Positions 52,207 to 64,000 of a stretch of 64,000 nt of DNA are shown here, piece by piece. Positions within the stretch are counted from its first letter, which is position 1. Every line of letters begins with the position of its first letter. The notes under the pieces were generated by a model. The model saw nothing but the letters and a program-made list of their open reading frames with translations, had not been told where the DNA came from and did not search any database. The stretch is from Amphiscolops sp. MND2022 (taxonomy: Eukaryota): NCBI GenBank assembly GCA_964187785.1, contig OZ076409.1, forward strand, positions 86,058,001 through 86,122,000, given 5' to 3'. Position numbers and translations under genes: made by a program.

Positions 52207-52343
52207 CCAACACAGATGTCAAAGAGGTTGCTTCCGATGGAACTGGAGAGCGCCATGTCTCCGAACCCTTTTTTGGCAACGAGGTAGCTTGTGATCAGGT
52301 CCGGCACGCTTGTACCCGCAGCCAGGAACGTCAAACCCATGAT
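52207..52343 (-). CDS. SLC24A: Na+/Ca2+-K+ exchanger, alpha-2 repeat exon
   Basis: [53 protein letters not shown] splice sites. Confidence 0.96.
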
Positions 52344-53849
52344 CTAAACAAAAATTGTTTAAGTGCATCATTAAAAATTTTTACATCGAAGATAGCATTC
52401 GCTAACTATTTTTCACCGAGCATTAATTATTTCACTGAAACAAAAATTGATTTTAAAACAAGACGCCCGCTGAGCAGCGAGACATTTTCCGCCCCAAACT
52501 GTTCTAAAAACTACCTAAATTCGTGGCTCAAGAATAGCCAATCCGCTTAAAGAACGCAAAGAAGCTCGAATTAAAAAGCTTTGATTCATTTTAGCCCATT
52601 TTTAAAAGAAACACGTAATTTATTATTTCTGCGATAGCTGGCCACTTTTGATTTTTTCGACACTATGCGACTTAACGAGTAGAGTGAAATTTTTCGAGAA
52701 ATTTTTTTCGGAAATAATTTTCGAAGAACATTTTTCTCAATTTTTAGTTTTTGAGATTTTCTGTAAAGGAAATAAGTTTCCCGAGTCTTGAGGGTGACCT
52801 TTTTGTTACTTTTGATCATGTGGAACTGATGTGTTTTCTTTTTGATTTTGATTGTGGAAAATACCTCAATCCAGTATTTTTAGGCTCTGTGCGTCTCCGA
52901 AAATTTCATTTTGTCGAACGGTAGCCCTTGCTTGTTTAGCCGATTTCAGCTTGAAAAAAGTAGTCTTGCGAGCTGAAACTTGTTTCGCCGTCATAGGACT
53001 TTACCAAAAAAAATATCAGAAAAATTGGATTTTCTATGATTCCTGTTGGGGAAAAAGGTTTCCGAGTCTCAGGCGTAATTCTTAGGGTATTTTTCGGCAC
53101 AGAGAAAATAGGAAACGCTTGAAACTAGGTTCTTTGCGAGTTTAGGAAACTTCAACGGTCCCAAGTTGTTATAAACTTGCACATAGTTTCACCAGATGTG
53201 TCAAAAATTTTTTCGACAACTTTGGAGACAATTTGAGGGACTTTTCTAACATGAATCTACAGATGTCTCGTCACAAATAGGCCTATTGAATACCGAATTT
53301 AGTTGTTGTTGAATGATCATACCATTTTAAATCACGTAGTAGCTCCAAACAATTTCCTTTGGAAGGTGTACTCCAGATCTAGCGATTTGCTTGGAGCTCA
53401 TTGAGTATTAAACATTGTACAATTAAGGTCAAAATTTACGTTTTCAAGTAAAGGTTTTGAAAGTTGTGCAAATAAACTTGTATGATATCTTTTCGAAACA
53501 ATACCGGTAGCTACACGTTTCAACCCTGAACCTATGGTATTTCTGATTGAATAAAATTTTCGGAAAGTGTCCAAAATTGGGACTGTGTTGTCGAAAAGTG
53601 GGAAAAGTTGGAAAATTTGAAAACTTCGTAGTAAATTCCATGGAATTTCTTCCCACTTTTTTCCCAAACTGTCTTTTGAGTACCCTATTGTTTCAACGCT
53701 CAGGTCAAAAAAACTTCTATTCTTCAAAAGCTTTCCTGGTTTGATCAAAAATTTGGATTAACTTGTCAAAAAACGTGCTTTTGTTGTTTGGTGGATTTTG
53801 GGTGTTTCTGAGACCAATTCCAACGAAGAAAAAGCAGTTACAAAGTTGC

Positions 53850-54890
53850 CTACTGGATACCAAGCTACTCATTGTTAAGTTTTTAACCCATTTTGTGCAA
53901 GTAGCTCGAAAATTTTGTTGTTGATTGTGTTGGAACTTTTAACAGAATCCCTAGGAAATTGTACAAAAATTGCATCAAAAACGACAAAAAAACTGGAAAC
54001 TTTGGATTTTTTGACGATTACAGGGTCAACTTGAATCATCTATTTTCTTTACAAATTGAACTTATATCTTGACGGAAGCTCACCGAAGTAACAAGTTGTT
54101 CCTTCGTTTAGGGGTTTTAAAATTCTAGTCCACGAAGTCTATAGATAGTTTGACAAAATTGAACAACAATGGTGAACATCAGAAAATTATCGGTTATTGT
54201 CTTTTTCAATGTGAATTCCAGACATTTTTCATTTGAAAACTGCATTTATCTCTTCTCTAAGCATACTGGACAACAGGATCTATCGTTGTTGACCTTTTTC
54301 AACAATCCATTCCACGAAGTCGGTCAAACTTTTGACATAAATTCAAAAAAACTTTGAAAATTGGAAAATTTTGGGCTTTTTGTCATTTTAGGTGTCAATT
54401 TGAGACCTTTTTCATTCAGAAAACTGATGTTATCTCTTCATAAAAGACTACTGGACAACGAGCTCTTACCTTGATGAACTTTTTCAACATTCCAATCCAC
54501 GGAGTCTATTGAAATTTAGACAGAAATTGCATAAAAACATTGAAAATTGGAAACTTTTGTGTTTTTTATCATTTACGGTGCCAATTTGAGACATTTTTCA
54601 TTTGGAAAACAGCAATTATCTCTTCATAGAAGACTATTGGGCAACAAGTTCGTCCATTGTTGAACGTTTTCAACATTCTAATCCACAACATCTATTGAAA
54701 AGTTGACAAAAACTGCATTAAAACGAAAAAATGGGGAAATTTTTGCAAATGTTCTCATTTTTGGGGTCATTTTTGTTGGGTCATTCCGGGGTCCTTGGGG
54801 TCAACGAAAAAAGTCCAGAAATTTCCAGAAGTACATATCGCACGAAGCTAAATTTATGTAACTTGAATTCCATGGGTAATACCCTTAAAG
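53850..54890. repeat. Dispersed repeat of degenerate tandem units, copy 2 (intronic)
   Basis: Same units and terminus as ~19810-20775; ends ...GTAATACCCTTAA. Confidence 0.6.
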
Positions 54891-56334
54891 TTAAATATGA
54901 ATTTGGTGCTTGACAAATTTTGTAAAAAAAACGTTTGATTTAAATATTTTCCTTTCCCATATGAAATATGGGCGGAAAATAAAAAAGTGTTTTATGTATG
55001 TTATTTTGGCCCTGAAATCATTTCAAACATCCACTGACAACCGGAATCTTTGGAACTTGGAAATTGCTTCGCAGTCATGCTTTTCAAACTGCTGAGCATG
55101 TTAAGACGAAACAGCGCAATCAGAAGATGTAAGTACTTTTTCAGCATTTTCTGTATTCTGAAATTTTTCACCAATTCTTCCACAGGCTTACCATGGTATC
55201 TGCACCTGTGGTGAGAAAAAGAGAAGTAATTATTTGAGTGGAAAACAAGCGCTTCCAACAAGACAGTACAATGCAACGCAGCGTTGGTTGAGATGCCAAA
55301 AATTGTTTCCGGATAAACACTGATTGGCACCTGTCTTACTTATCCCATTAATCACAAAAGAAAAAAGCGTGAACAAATGACGTTTATGACAATGGCTGCC
55401 AATTGAACGACTTCCCGCATTTTGTCCTGGCTTACAATTGACTTCAATTCAATCCGACAAGAGTAGTACCGCAAATTTCAACTCAAGGGAGCTTTATTGG
55501 CAAAATATTTCAAAGCCGGGTTTCAATTATTGAAACAAATTTCGCTCAGAGAAGATTGCAGAGTCAAAGGAAAGTCCAATTGCATAAGCGTCATACATTG
55601 AATGGTTTGTTTGAAATTTTTAAAGTTTAATTTTTATTTGGTTTCATTAGTGCAGTACTCAGTCAATGAATTCAATCAATGATGGAGTCTGGTTTCCTCC
55701 TGCTTAGAAAAGTTTGGCATTAGTTTTGTAGTCATCAGATTTTTTGAAGCAAACAGAGTTTCAAGTGATCCGCAAAAGACCTAGTTTGCAGACTTCCCAT
55801 AGTCTGTGTTCAAGTTTGGGCCAGAGATTTCTTGGTCTGGGTGAGGTCTGGGCCAAAGATTTTGTAACAAGATGAGAATTTCATTGCCATGGGAACTTCC
55901 TGTCAGACTCGGCCCAGACTAAGCAATCTTTGGGGTGGCAAAACGGAGTATTGTAAAAATTAACAATTCTTGTATAATATATTCAAGCATCAGGGTACCG
56001 GATTGATCATACATACCATGTTATTTGAACTTTGCTGTTTGACTTCAAATACAAATATTACCTTTTATTTAAAAAAACTCAATTTGACTTGATTTTTCAA
56101 AAGTACGCCAAGATGTAAATATGCCACGGCAAATCGTTAACCACTCTGCATAAAGGCGGGCCTCCTTTATTAAAAAAACTTGCATCTAAATTCAACGAGG
56201 CATCGATTGTTATTGAACTTTCAGCGACGTCGATTGATACTTTATCGAAAAAATGTTAAGAGTTTTTAATAGAGGTAAAGGTAATAGTTTGGAGAATCAT
56301 GACGTTTTTGTTAAAATGATGTCACGTGACTAAC

Positions 56335-56466
56335 CACTGATGGTATACAGCAGAGCCAGCCAATTCTCTCGACCCACCACACCATTAAGTAAGACCAGAT
56401 GGCGATCCACACGATGCTCATTATGAACGACACTACGAACAAGTTGTACCCCCAAAACGCAAATGG
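56335..56466 (-). CDS. SLC24A: Na+/Ca2+-K+ exchanger exon (transmembrane)
   Basis: PFAFWGYNLFVVSFIMSIVWIAIWSYLMVWWVERIGWLCCIPSV; CAG/GTTAG sites; 132 bp, phase 0. Confidence 0.92.
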
Positions 56467-56516
56467 CTGGAACGGAAAACAACAAATGAAATGTCTTAAC
56501 TGTACATTCATCTATA

Positions 56517-57012
56517 CCCTACGTTACAAGAAACACACATCTTGCAAAATTCTTCCGAAATTCTTGCCAACTTTGCATTTCTTACAAGAATCTTACAAGT
56601 TTCTGAGAGAATCACAATTTTTGCAAGATTGGTACATAGCAGTACATTTCTTGCAAGATTCTTCCTTGAATCTCTAAGAAAATTTGAGTCCTTCACACAA
56701 AAATTCTTACAGAAAATGCGTCAGAGTTAATTCAAGATCTAAAATATCGAAAAATTCCGTTGATTTAAAATCTAAATCTTAATTAAGATCTAAAAAAAAA
56801 AAAAACATTCCGATGATTTAAGATCTGAATCCTCTAGATATTTCCGTGAGAGGTTCGTAAAATTTATGCATTTTTGTAACATTATGGGCAGAAAAGTGCA
56901 AATCTTGCAAGATTTTTGCAAAAGCTAGATTCTAAAAATGCATTTTTTTTACAAAATCGTACAAGAATTCTTGTAAGAATTTTGCAAGAGACGTGATTCT
57001 TGTAACCTAAAG
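56517..57012. mobile_element. CMC-like MITE filling most of an NCKX intron
   Basis: Imperfect TIRs CCCTACGTTACAAGAAACAC / GTGATTCTTGTAACCTAAAG, TA on both flanks, TCTTGCAAGA repeats. Confidence 0.7.
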
Positions 57013-57058
57013 TAAGTAACATCGTTGAATGTTAATCAAACAAGCATTCAAGTCTTAC

Positions 57059-57202
57059 CGAACTGGCTGATTTGGTGCCGGGTTTCCCCCTCTTGGGATC
57101 AGGCACGGTTAATACCAACGGGATCATTATAGGCAGTAGGCACAAATACAAAATTTTTCTGTACCAAGGCTTTTCCGAGGGCCACGCCAATGTAACAGCT
57201 CC
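57059..57202 (-). CDS. SLC24A: Na+/Ca2+-K+ exchanger exon
   Basis: GAVTLAWPSEKPWYRKILYLCLLPIMIPLVLTVPDPKR (NCKX L-x-WP...P...T-x-PD pattern); CAG/GTAAG; 144 bp. Confidence 0.9.
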
Positions 57203-57600
57203 CTGCAATGACAAAAATGCACGTTAAATATATACAGGATAGGAAAAGTATACACACATTGACTCATAGGTTTTAAAAATTTATCGACTTCATCTGTAGC
57301 ATGGTTTATATCATCGCCAATTTATCCGTTACAAAATTTCAATACTGACGTCTCAAGATTTCTGGAATGATTGTCATTTTATAAAAATAGCAAGCTCCTG
57401 ATTGTGGAATAGAATGGGCAATCATCAAAGACGATTTCTAAATGAGCTAGGAAAATTCACACCAAGTTGTCATGAATACCTATTTCTATTTTTAGAAGGG
57501 TATGAATTCACGGTGGACGTAGAGATAGTGGGATGGTCTAATAGTTTATCAAAGTTTTGAGTGGAGGGAGAAATTTAAGAGCGTGTTCATGTGGACTTAC

Positions 57601-57740
57601 GTCATCTTCTTCGTCTTCTTCAGCAGGTGGGCCAAAATTTTCCTCCGATTTTTTCTGATCCATGCTATCATTCATTTCGCTATCCCCGTTTTCCATAATC
57701 GTGGGGGGCAAATTTGGATTACCCACCGTCCCGTTCATCT
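57601..57740 (-). CDS. SLC24A: Na+/Ca2+-K+ exchanger exon (acidic end of cytoplasmic loop)
   Basis: ...PPAEEDEEDD then donor GTAAGT, in frame with next exon; acceptor TTTTAG. Confidence 0.8.
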
Positions 57741-59526
57741 CTAAAATATTATGGAGTTCGTGCTAATTTTCGATTAGAAAAGAAAATAAGAAACAAGATA
57801 GAAAAACTTGGCACTCCATTTTCTGAAAACTCTTACAAGCAATCCACACCAAAAGCTAAAATGACAAAACAACCGGCAGCCTTTTCATACCAAAATTGAG
57901 AAACACAAGGGCCGATGCTGCTGCCAACAAATCCAGAATTTAGGGAATTTTCAACAGAAAGTAGCATGTCTTGGCTATGCATCAATTTATTTTTTTTTAT
58001 AAAACTACTGTGGAAAATTATGTTTTTTTTTACAATTCCGTTTTCAAGGTCACTCGGAAAGAGTGTCATCACGTCATTTGTCTAGCAAAGAAGAAGGTAT
58101 GCGAAGTTCGTGAAGAAAGAAGAGGCTATGAAAACTGTAGAATTCAATCTTTGATTTTAATTGCACATTTCAGAATCAGACTAATTTTCATCGGCATGCC
58201 AACCACATGGTTCCAAGCTCCATTTAACTTTTATTATCATTCACTCTCTCAAATACAATGACGTCACGGTCGCTTTTCACTTTCATCATCCCGCAGCCAT
58301 TTTTGATTTTTTCCTCTCGATTTAATAACCATAAGTACTCCGTGGCTCGCGACACAAGGTCAGAAAAGAGTAATAAAAAACACATTTTATGCATCATTTG
58401 CTGGTGATGCATGGCTTACTCTAGTAAGGTTTCAAACCATTTTTGTGCAGATCTCAGTTCTTAAATTAAAGCAAACCTATTTTTTGCAAAGTTGTGCCGA
58501 CATAAACATATATGCTAACATAATGTTATTTCATGTATACTTTTTGCAACACTTGAAATGTCTAAAAGACAAACAGCCGAATCTGGGAAAATCCTGAAGA
58601 GTTTACGGTGAATTTTAGGCTGTTTTACGTCGACGAAGACAAAGAAAAACATTGCTAAATTCTGTGTATTTCAATTTTGAAAACTGCAGAACATAACGTC
58701 TCAGTTTTGGATAAAATGTGCCTGATTATTAAAGTGAGAGTTTATTTTTAGTCGACACTTTTTGAAACGAAAAGCAAGAATCTTGCAGTGGCAAGTTGCT
58801 ATTAGTCGGCGCATTTCGTGAGATTTTCTAAAACTTTTATTTTCGGGTTTACTTCCGAATTCAAATAATGATCCGTGCTGAGAGCAAGTGTCTTAAGATC
58901 CCTTGATCGTTAATGGGTCAGGAGTGATGGATTTGTGAATGCAAAATTATCATGGATGAGCTTCGATGAGGCATTCGAAATTTTTTGATTGAAACTCTCA
59001 TTTTATTAGAATTTTTCAATGCTTTCAATCAGCTTTGCAAACAGTGCAAAATGACTTCTTCAGACTGTAATCTAAAACTTAATATCCTGAAAATCTTAAA
59101 TTTTAATCATTACAATCTAATGAAGTCTCAATTAGGATTCAGTTGGTTCCAGTTTTTCAAATTTGGATGTTAATTATTCCCAGTTTTAAGATGTCAGTCG
59201 CAGTGGAGCTAAGGTTTCCATAATTGTGCACAAAGGGAGAACGATGACTCATGAGTTTTAACCCGGATGTTCTTCTTTTCTGAAAGCCCACACGATAACA
59301 ACACTAAAAATGAGCCTTGTATGAACAGGACATGAAATGAAATTAATGAGAAAAGGTCAGCCGAAAGGTCAAGAAAGAAACAAACTGCAATATTTTAAAA
59401 GCATGAAGACAACTTACGGACTAAAGCTGAAAATAACACATTATTTAAAAAACTTTGAACAAAACGCTTTTCATTAGTTGATGCAATGATACTTAGGTAA
59501 CATAACTCTCTCATCATTTTCAAAGA

Positions 59527-59590
59527 GTCTATTCCGGAAATTTCTAAGAATGAACCTATAGGTTCATTCTTAGAAATTTCCGGAATAGAC
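59527..59590. repeat. Perfect 64-bp palindrome, no loop
   Basis: 32-bp arms centred on AACCTA|TAGGTT (59558/59559). Confidence 0.95.
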
Positions 59591-62476
59591 ATTATAATGT
59601 CGCCAACGACAAACAGGCAGTTCTTTTATATTGAAGTCAACGCCCTTTTGAAACGCTTTCCTCATGCCAAGCCTCATATTATCCTTTTAAAATCAATTTT
59701 GGCAATTAAACAAAGCACCAGTAGAGGGGAATATGTAACTTTTATAATACTTGCTTGAAGTCAGATCTGGTTGTTCATTTTTTTTTACTATTTTGTATTT
59801 TTCCACCAAATGAGTTTTTTTGTTCTGACCAAAACGCGATGCTTGATATCTCGTACTAGCCACGGACTTTCTTATTTACAAACGTGACTAATATGTCACT
59901 ATGAGGCTCGACCTTGGTACAGCTGTAGTTAAATGCAAGTTTGTCGGAAATAATGAGTTGTTTGATAATTTCACTAAACTTCCATGGATTTTCATTTAAA
60001 GAATGAACCATCAGAGCAAAATAAATGTACTAAAAACCTTGAAAACAAAATGAGCTACAACACTTCGAATTATTTTTAGAACTACAAAGAGGCCAGAAAA
60101 TAGTACATAGCTCATTCATCAGAGGCAAGAGTTCCAAAAGAGGTGTTCTTGAATCTCATCGTTCTAATTTTTATTCATTTTAAAAAAAATCTTCATTTCG
60201 AATTCACTTCGTTTCATGATTGCTATTAATTTCATCATCCATCGGTGAAAGAGTTGAAATGAAACAAATGTCATTCTTTGAGTTAACTTTTCCAGTTTCC
60301 AATTCAGAACAGGCAATTTGAATCAAGACTTTGTAACTGCTACAAGTTGTTTCGGGTTTTTTAACCACCGGTTCGGAAGGAACCAGTTCGGCAAAAATCA
60401 TCCCAGAAGAATCTCCTTGGCATCTTTTATTACTAACTTAGTACGAAGATAGTTTGATAGAAGATAGTTTCATAGAAGAAAGTTTGATAATAGGAGTTTG
60501 ATAGAAGATAGTTTGATATATAACGAGCCTCGACAGAACAAGATAAAACAAAACAGCAACAAGAAAACTCAAGTACCTTATTAAACAAACAAAACAGACA
60601 AGAATTTAAAACTCGCTTTGCAAAGAGCCCCTCTTGAACAATCATTTGTTAAAACTTGTTGCTTCATAACTTAACTTCGCATTGTTATAACTTGTACTCT
60701 CAACAAGAATTAAAACCATAACTCACATTTACTTTGTTATAACTTGTACCCTCTAAATACTGATGTTGTTAAAACGTATTGAATACTCAACCACTGTTAA
60801 ATCTTGCTCGTAATTATTCTTCGTATTCTTCGTATCAACTTGTTAACTTGCATGCTTGGATTTAATCTTAATTACTGTGCTCAATTATTTACCCCTTGAT
60901 AAAATTCATGAAAAAAAACTTGTTCGAACCTTTCGAAAAGCACAAAAATTTATTCTTGATCATTCAACAAAATCAAATCCGAAGAAGAAAGCAGTTCTGA
61001 CTTTTGTCTCAACTTCATCTCCCCAACTCCAACCTTGCTTCTAAACCCCACCAGCTATCTTCAACTACAGTTGTGCAGATTGATAAAATAATGTAAGTTG
61101 TTAACTTGTACGTATTGAACTTAAATTTATATTCTTTCCTAAAAAGCAAAAGAAAGTTTTAACTTGAGCAATCCTAGAACGACAACAGAAAAGCAAGCTA
61201 GCTTAAAACTATTTAAAACAACCGTCCTCGCATCCGATTGAAATAGGAAACAAAAAGGAACTCTAGTCATAGATTTAACATCTATTCACGGTTGTTAAAT
61301 TGGTGACAGCAGTGGGATTGCTCTTGTTATAGAAGAAAAGTGTAAAATGTCGTAATTTAGCGTGACCACATGTTTCCAAAACACTGCCTTAAGATCTCGT
61401 TCCGGGACTTGTCCCGCTCTAACGCTAGTTGCTCTGCTAGCGAAAATTTACAGTAGACGGCAGATAGGGCCCATAAGTAGGCAAATTCCAGAGCACGGGC
61501 AATTAGGAATTCTTTTGAAAAACTTGAAAATCGCTAATTAATCTTCGTTTCAGGAGACGGTAAAGTGTTGGATAGTAAAAATTACAGTTTTTTTTTCTTA
61601 TCTTAAACCTTGAAAACCCTCAATGTTAGCTAATTTTAACCTATACTAATATTAATTATGTATCATAACCATACTAATCATTTACCCCGGTACGTTTTGA
61701 ACCGTAATTATCCCGCGGAACCTCCTCCCCGGTATTCGCGAGCTGTGGATAGAAGACACCGTTAGACTCCGCATCTTTGTGTTTAACTTCAGTTAGTGTC
61801 ATTTGTGTCTTGCTTTTATTTCTCACTGTCATAGTCGGACAAGCTTTCATCCTGATACATTTGGAGTATGTCACGGCCAGTTGCATGAAGTCTTCAGTGT
61901 AAACAGTACCAAATCCTTTGCGTTAAACTGGACCGTTAGTTTTCCATAGAACCGCATGTATCACTTTGTTTTTACCTCTGAAAAAAACTCTGTGCCCCCT
62001 CATCAATCGCCACAAAAATATCCGTGTTTCCTCTGCTAAGTCGAACGATTTGAACTCTTTCAACATTTGGAAAATTATCCAGAGCATGCTAAAGGCCTTT
62101 CGCCTGAAATTTCACAACTTTACTTGAATTTAATGCTAATACACGACAAAGAACATCAATCTAACATAAACCGCGCAGAAGTCAGACGGAAAAGCACTTC
62201 CCGAAAACAACTATCACGATTGCACCCGAAATACTTGTTCTTTTTCAAATTGACGCGACAGTGGGTCGAAAATCTACTTCTTATTGACGCTCATCTACGC
62301 ATAACTTTTCTCCGCAGAGGTATCTCACAAATCTGATTGTGTGAAAGTGATTATACGCCCTGCATTAGCAAAATCTACAGTTTCTGGCGGGTAACCTACA
62401 TTAACATTCGAATAAACCATATCGAACAGTCAGCAAATCTAGTGCTAGAACGAAAAGGTTTCTTTCTGCAATCAAA

Positions 62477-63753
62477 ATGAGTGATACTGGAAATGGTGTG
62501 CAACTGGACGCCTCCACGGGCACTTCCCATGCCGAAGGCCCTCCTAAAAACCAATCAGCCACTTCTACTTCGACTCCCGCCAATCCACATTCGAACAATT
62601 ACACTACGGATGCTTTCACACGAATCTTTAACTCCACTGCGGCAGTCAACGGTCAATACCGCCCCCCTTTCTACCCAATGAGCGTGTCACTCCCATCGTG
62701 CTTGATGCCTGAAATCTTCAATGGTTCTGGAGATTTCGAGGACTATCTACAACAGTTCAACACGGCTGCCATGCTCTCAGGATGGAGCTCTGATCAACAT
62801 GACCATCGCCCGCAATATTTCGCACTACGTCTGCGAGAAAACGCTCTTCATTTCTATACAACCTTGTCATCTGAACAACAAGGCAATTATGCTCAACTCG
62901 TCGAAGCGTTCCGACAGAACTACACCACAAATGTTGATATACTGAAAGCTCGCTTGAAAGCCGCTAAACAACAACCAACGCAGGACAATGCTACCTTTTT
63001 GTGCGATATTCGAACTTTAGCAAGACGCGCATACCGGAACCATCCTCATCTTATTGAACAAATTGTTTGGACCAGTTTCATCGAAGGCCTAAAGAATTCG
63101 ACCCTGCGATGGAAACTAAGAAAAACCAAGCCTACACAGCTGATGAAGCGTTAACATTAGCTATCGAGCTTGACTCGTTCCTTGCCTTGGAACAACAAAA
63201 AAAAGCAAGTACGGAGTTTACAAGTGCTGTTAATCAAGTGGCCTCCGGCTCCCAAAGGTCTGACACAGTCGATGAGCTTGTTAGAACGTTACGCGCTGAG
63301 ATTGCCAACTTAAAGGCTTCACATAGCAACAGGTCCGGTTCGCGGGACAACAATCGTCACAGTAATAACTCAAGGAACCAGCAAGTAAACAGGAACAATT
63401 CCCACGACAGAAATCAAGGCCGAGGACGACGAGATGATAGGAGTACCTCGGGAGATCGATCCCGATCGGTCCACTTTGAGGATGGAAACGAGCGTCGCCA
63501 CACTCAGAGGAACGGACACAGAGAGTATGACAACAGGAACAATCAAAGGCATTCACCGAACCGTAATAACCAAGGAAAGAACTCTTCCGACTATTCCAAG
63601 AACTCCAACAGTAAATCGAACCAGAAACAGGAATGTCGTCATTGTAAGCGGACCAATCATGCCTCGAACGAGTGCAAAGCATGTTTCAATTGTCATAGAG
63701 TAGGCCATTTCAGACGGGACTGCAGAGCTTCCCGGTCAAACCAGGAAAACTGA
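62477..63753 (+). pseudogene. Gypsy gag, one frameshift near 63120
   Basis: MPEIFNGSGDFEDYLQQF capsid-like region; two CCHC knuckles CRHCKRTNHASNEC and CFNCHRVGHFRRDC. Confidence 0.9.
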
Positions 63754-64000
63754 AAACGTCTACGCCAGAGGGCCTCCGCGCAGACACGAATACACCCCAT
63801 GGCCCACAATCAGCCCTAACAATGAATTCAGTGGTTGACCCCCGTAGCGTCTTTGTAAAACTCACAATTTTGAACATAGATGTAGAAGCTGTATGTGATT
63901 GTGGAGCAAGTGTGTCTTGTCTGAACCATAAAATCTATGATGAACTGAAGAAAAGAAATGACATTCCCTTGAACGCCTGTACTAGGAACCTGAGAGCAGC
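63744..64000 (+). CDS. Start of pol (aspartic protease) in the -1 frame
   Basis: G GAA AAC (63744-63750) just before the gag TGA; -1 frame is open to the window end and reads ...VEAVCDCGASVSCL. Confidence 0.85.

Larger units (their letters stand above)
59924..64000 (+). mobile_element. Ty3/Gypsy retrotransposon, 5' part (LTR boundaries uncertain)
   Basis: PBS TGGTGACAGCAGTGGGAT (tRNA-Leu-like) at 61300, long leader, gag, protease; upstream region has short repeats (GAAGATAGTTTGATA, TTGTTATAACTTGTAC). Confidence 0.8.

Noticed and set aside
58200..59000. Additional upstream NCKX exons
   Set aside because: No open frame with convincing splice sites and NCKX-like sequence.
59924..61069. TGTAGTT...AACTACA as the exact Gypsy 5' LTR
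   Set aside because: The PBS is ~230 bp further on and the TTCAACTACAG motif also occurs near 50950, so the boundary is unresolved without the 3' LTR.

Overview
AT-rich, repeat-dense eukaryotic (animal-like) DNA with one 200-N gap (27727-27926). Host genes: (i) five 3' coding exons of a K+-dependent Na+/Ca2+ exchanger (SLC24/NCKX) on the minus strand (51345-57740; 5' exons not found in the window); (ii) a two-exon, 95-aa predicted secreted peptide precursor on the plus strand (14957-16870), which the ORF track misses. Most of the remainder is mobile DNA. A decayed BEL/Pao element has a ~1.9-kb putative 3' LTR containing an SGNH-hydrolase ORF. A complete decayed BEL/Pao element is nested in a CGGBP1-type hAT transposon. 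A young 4.8-kb non-autonomous Gypsy-derived LTR element sits inside a CMC-like MITE. The 5' part of a Gypsy element closes the window (Leu-like PBS, possible ORF0, gag, -1 frameshift, protease). There are also a LINE RT fragment, Helentron/DINE-like interspersed elements and several MITEs. The most unusual signals are two unrelated LTR elements with a duplicated LTR-start site (possible long/short LTR isoforms), accessory ORFs in or beside LTRs, discordant U5 ends in an otherwise ~99% identical LTR pair, and two perfect loop-less palindromes. All calls come from reading the sequence by eye; no searches were run.
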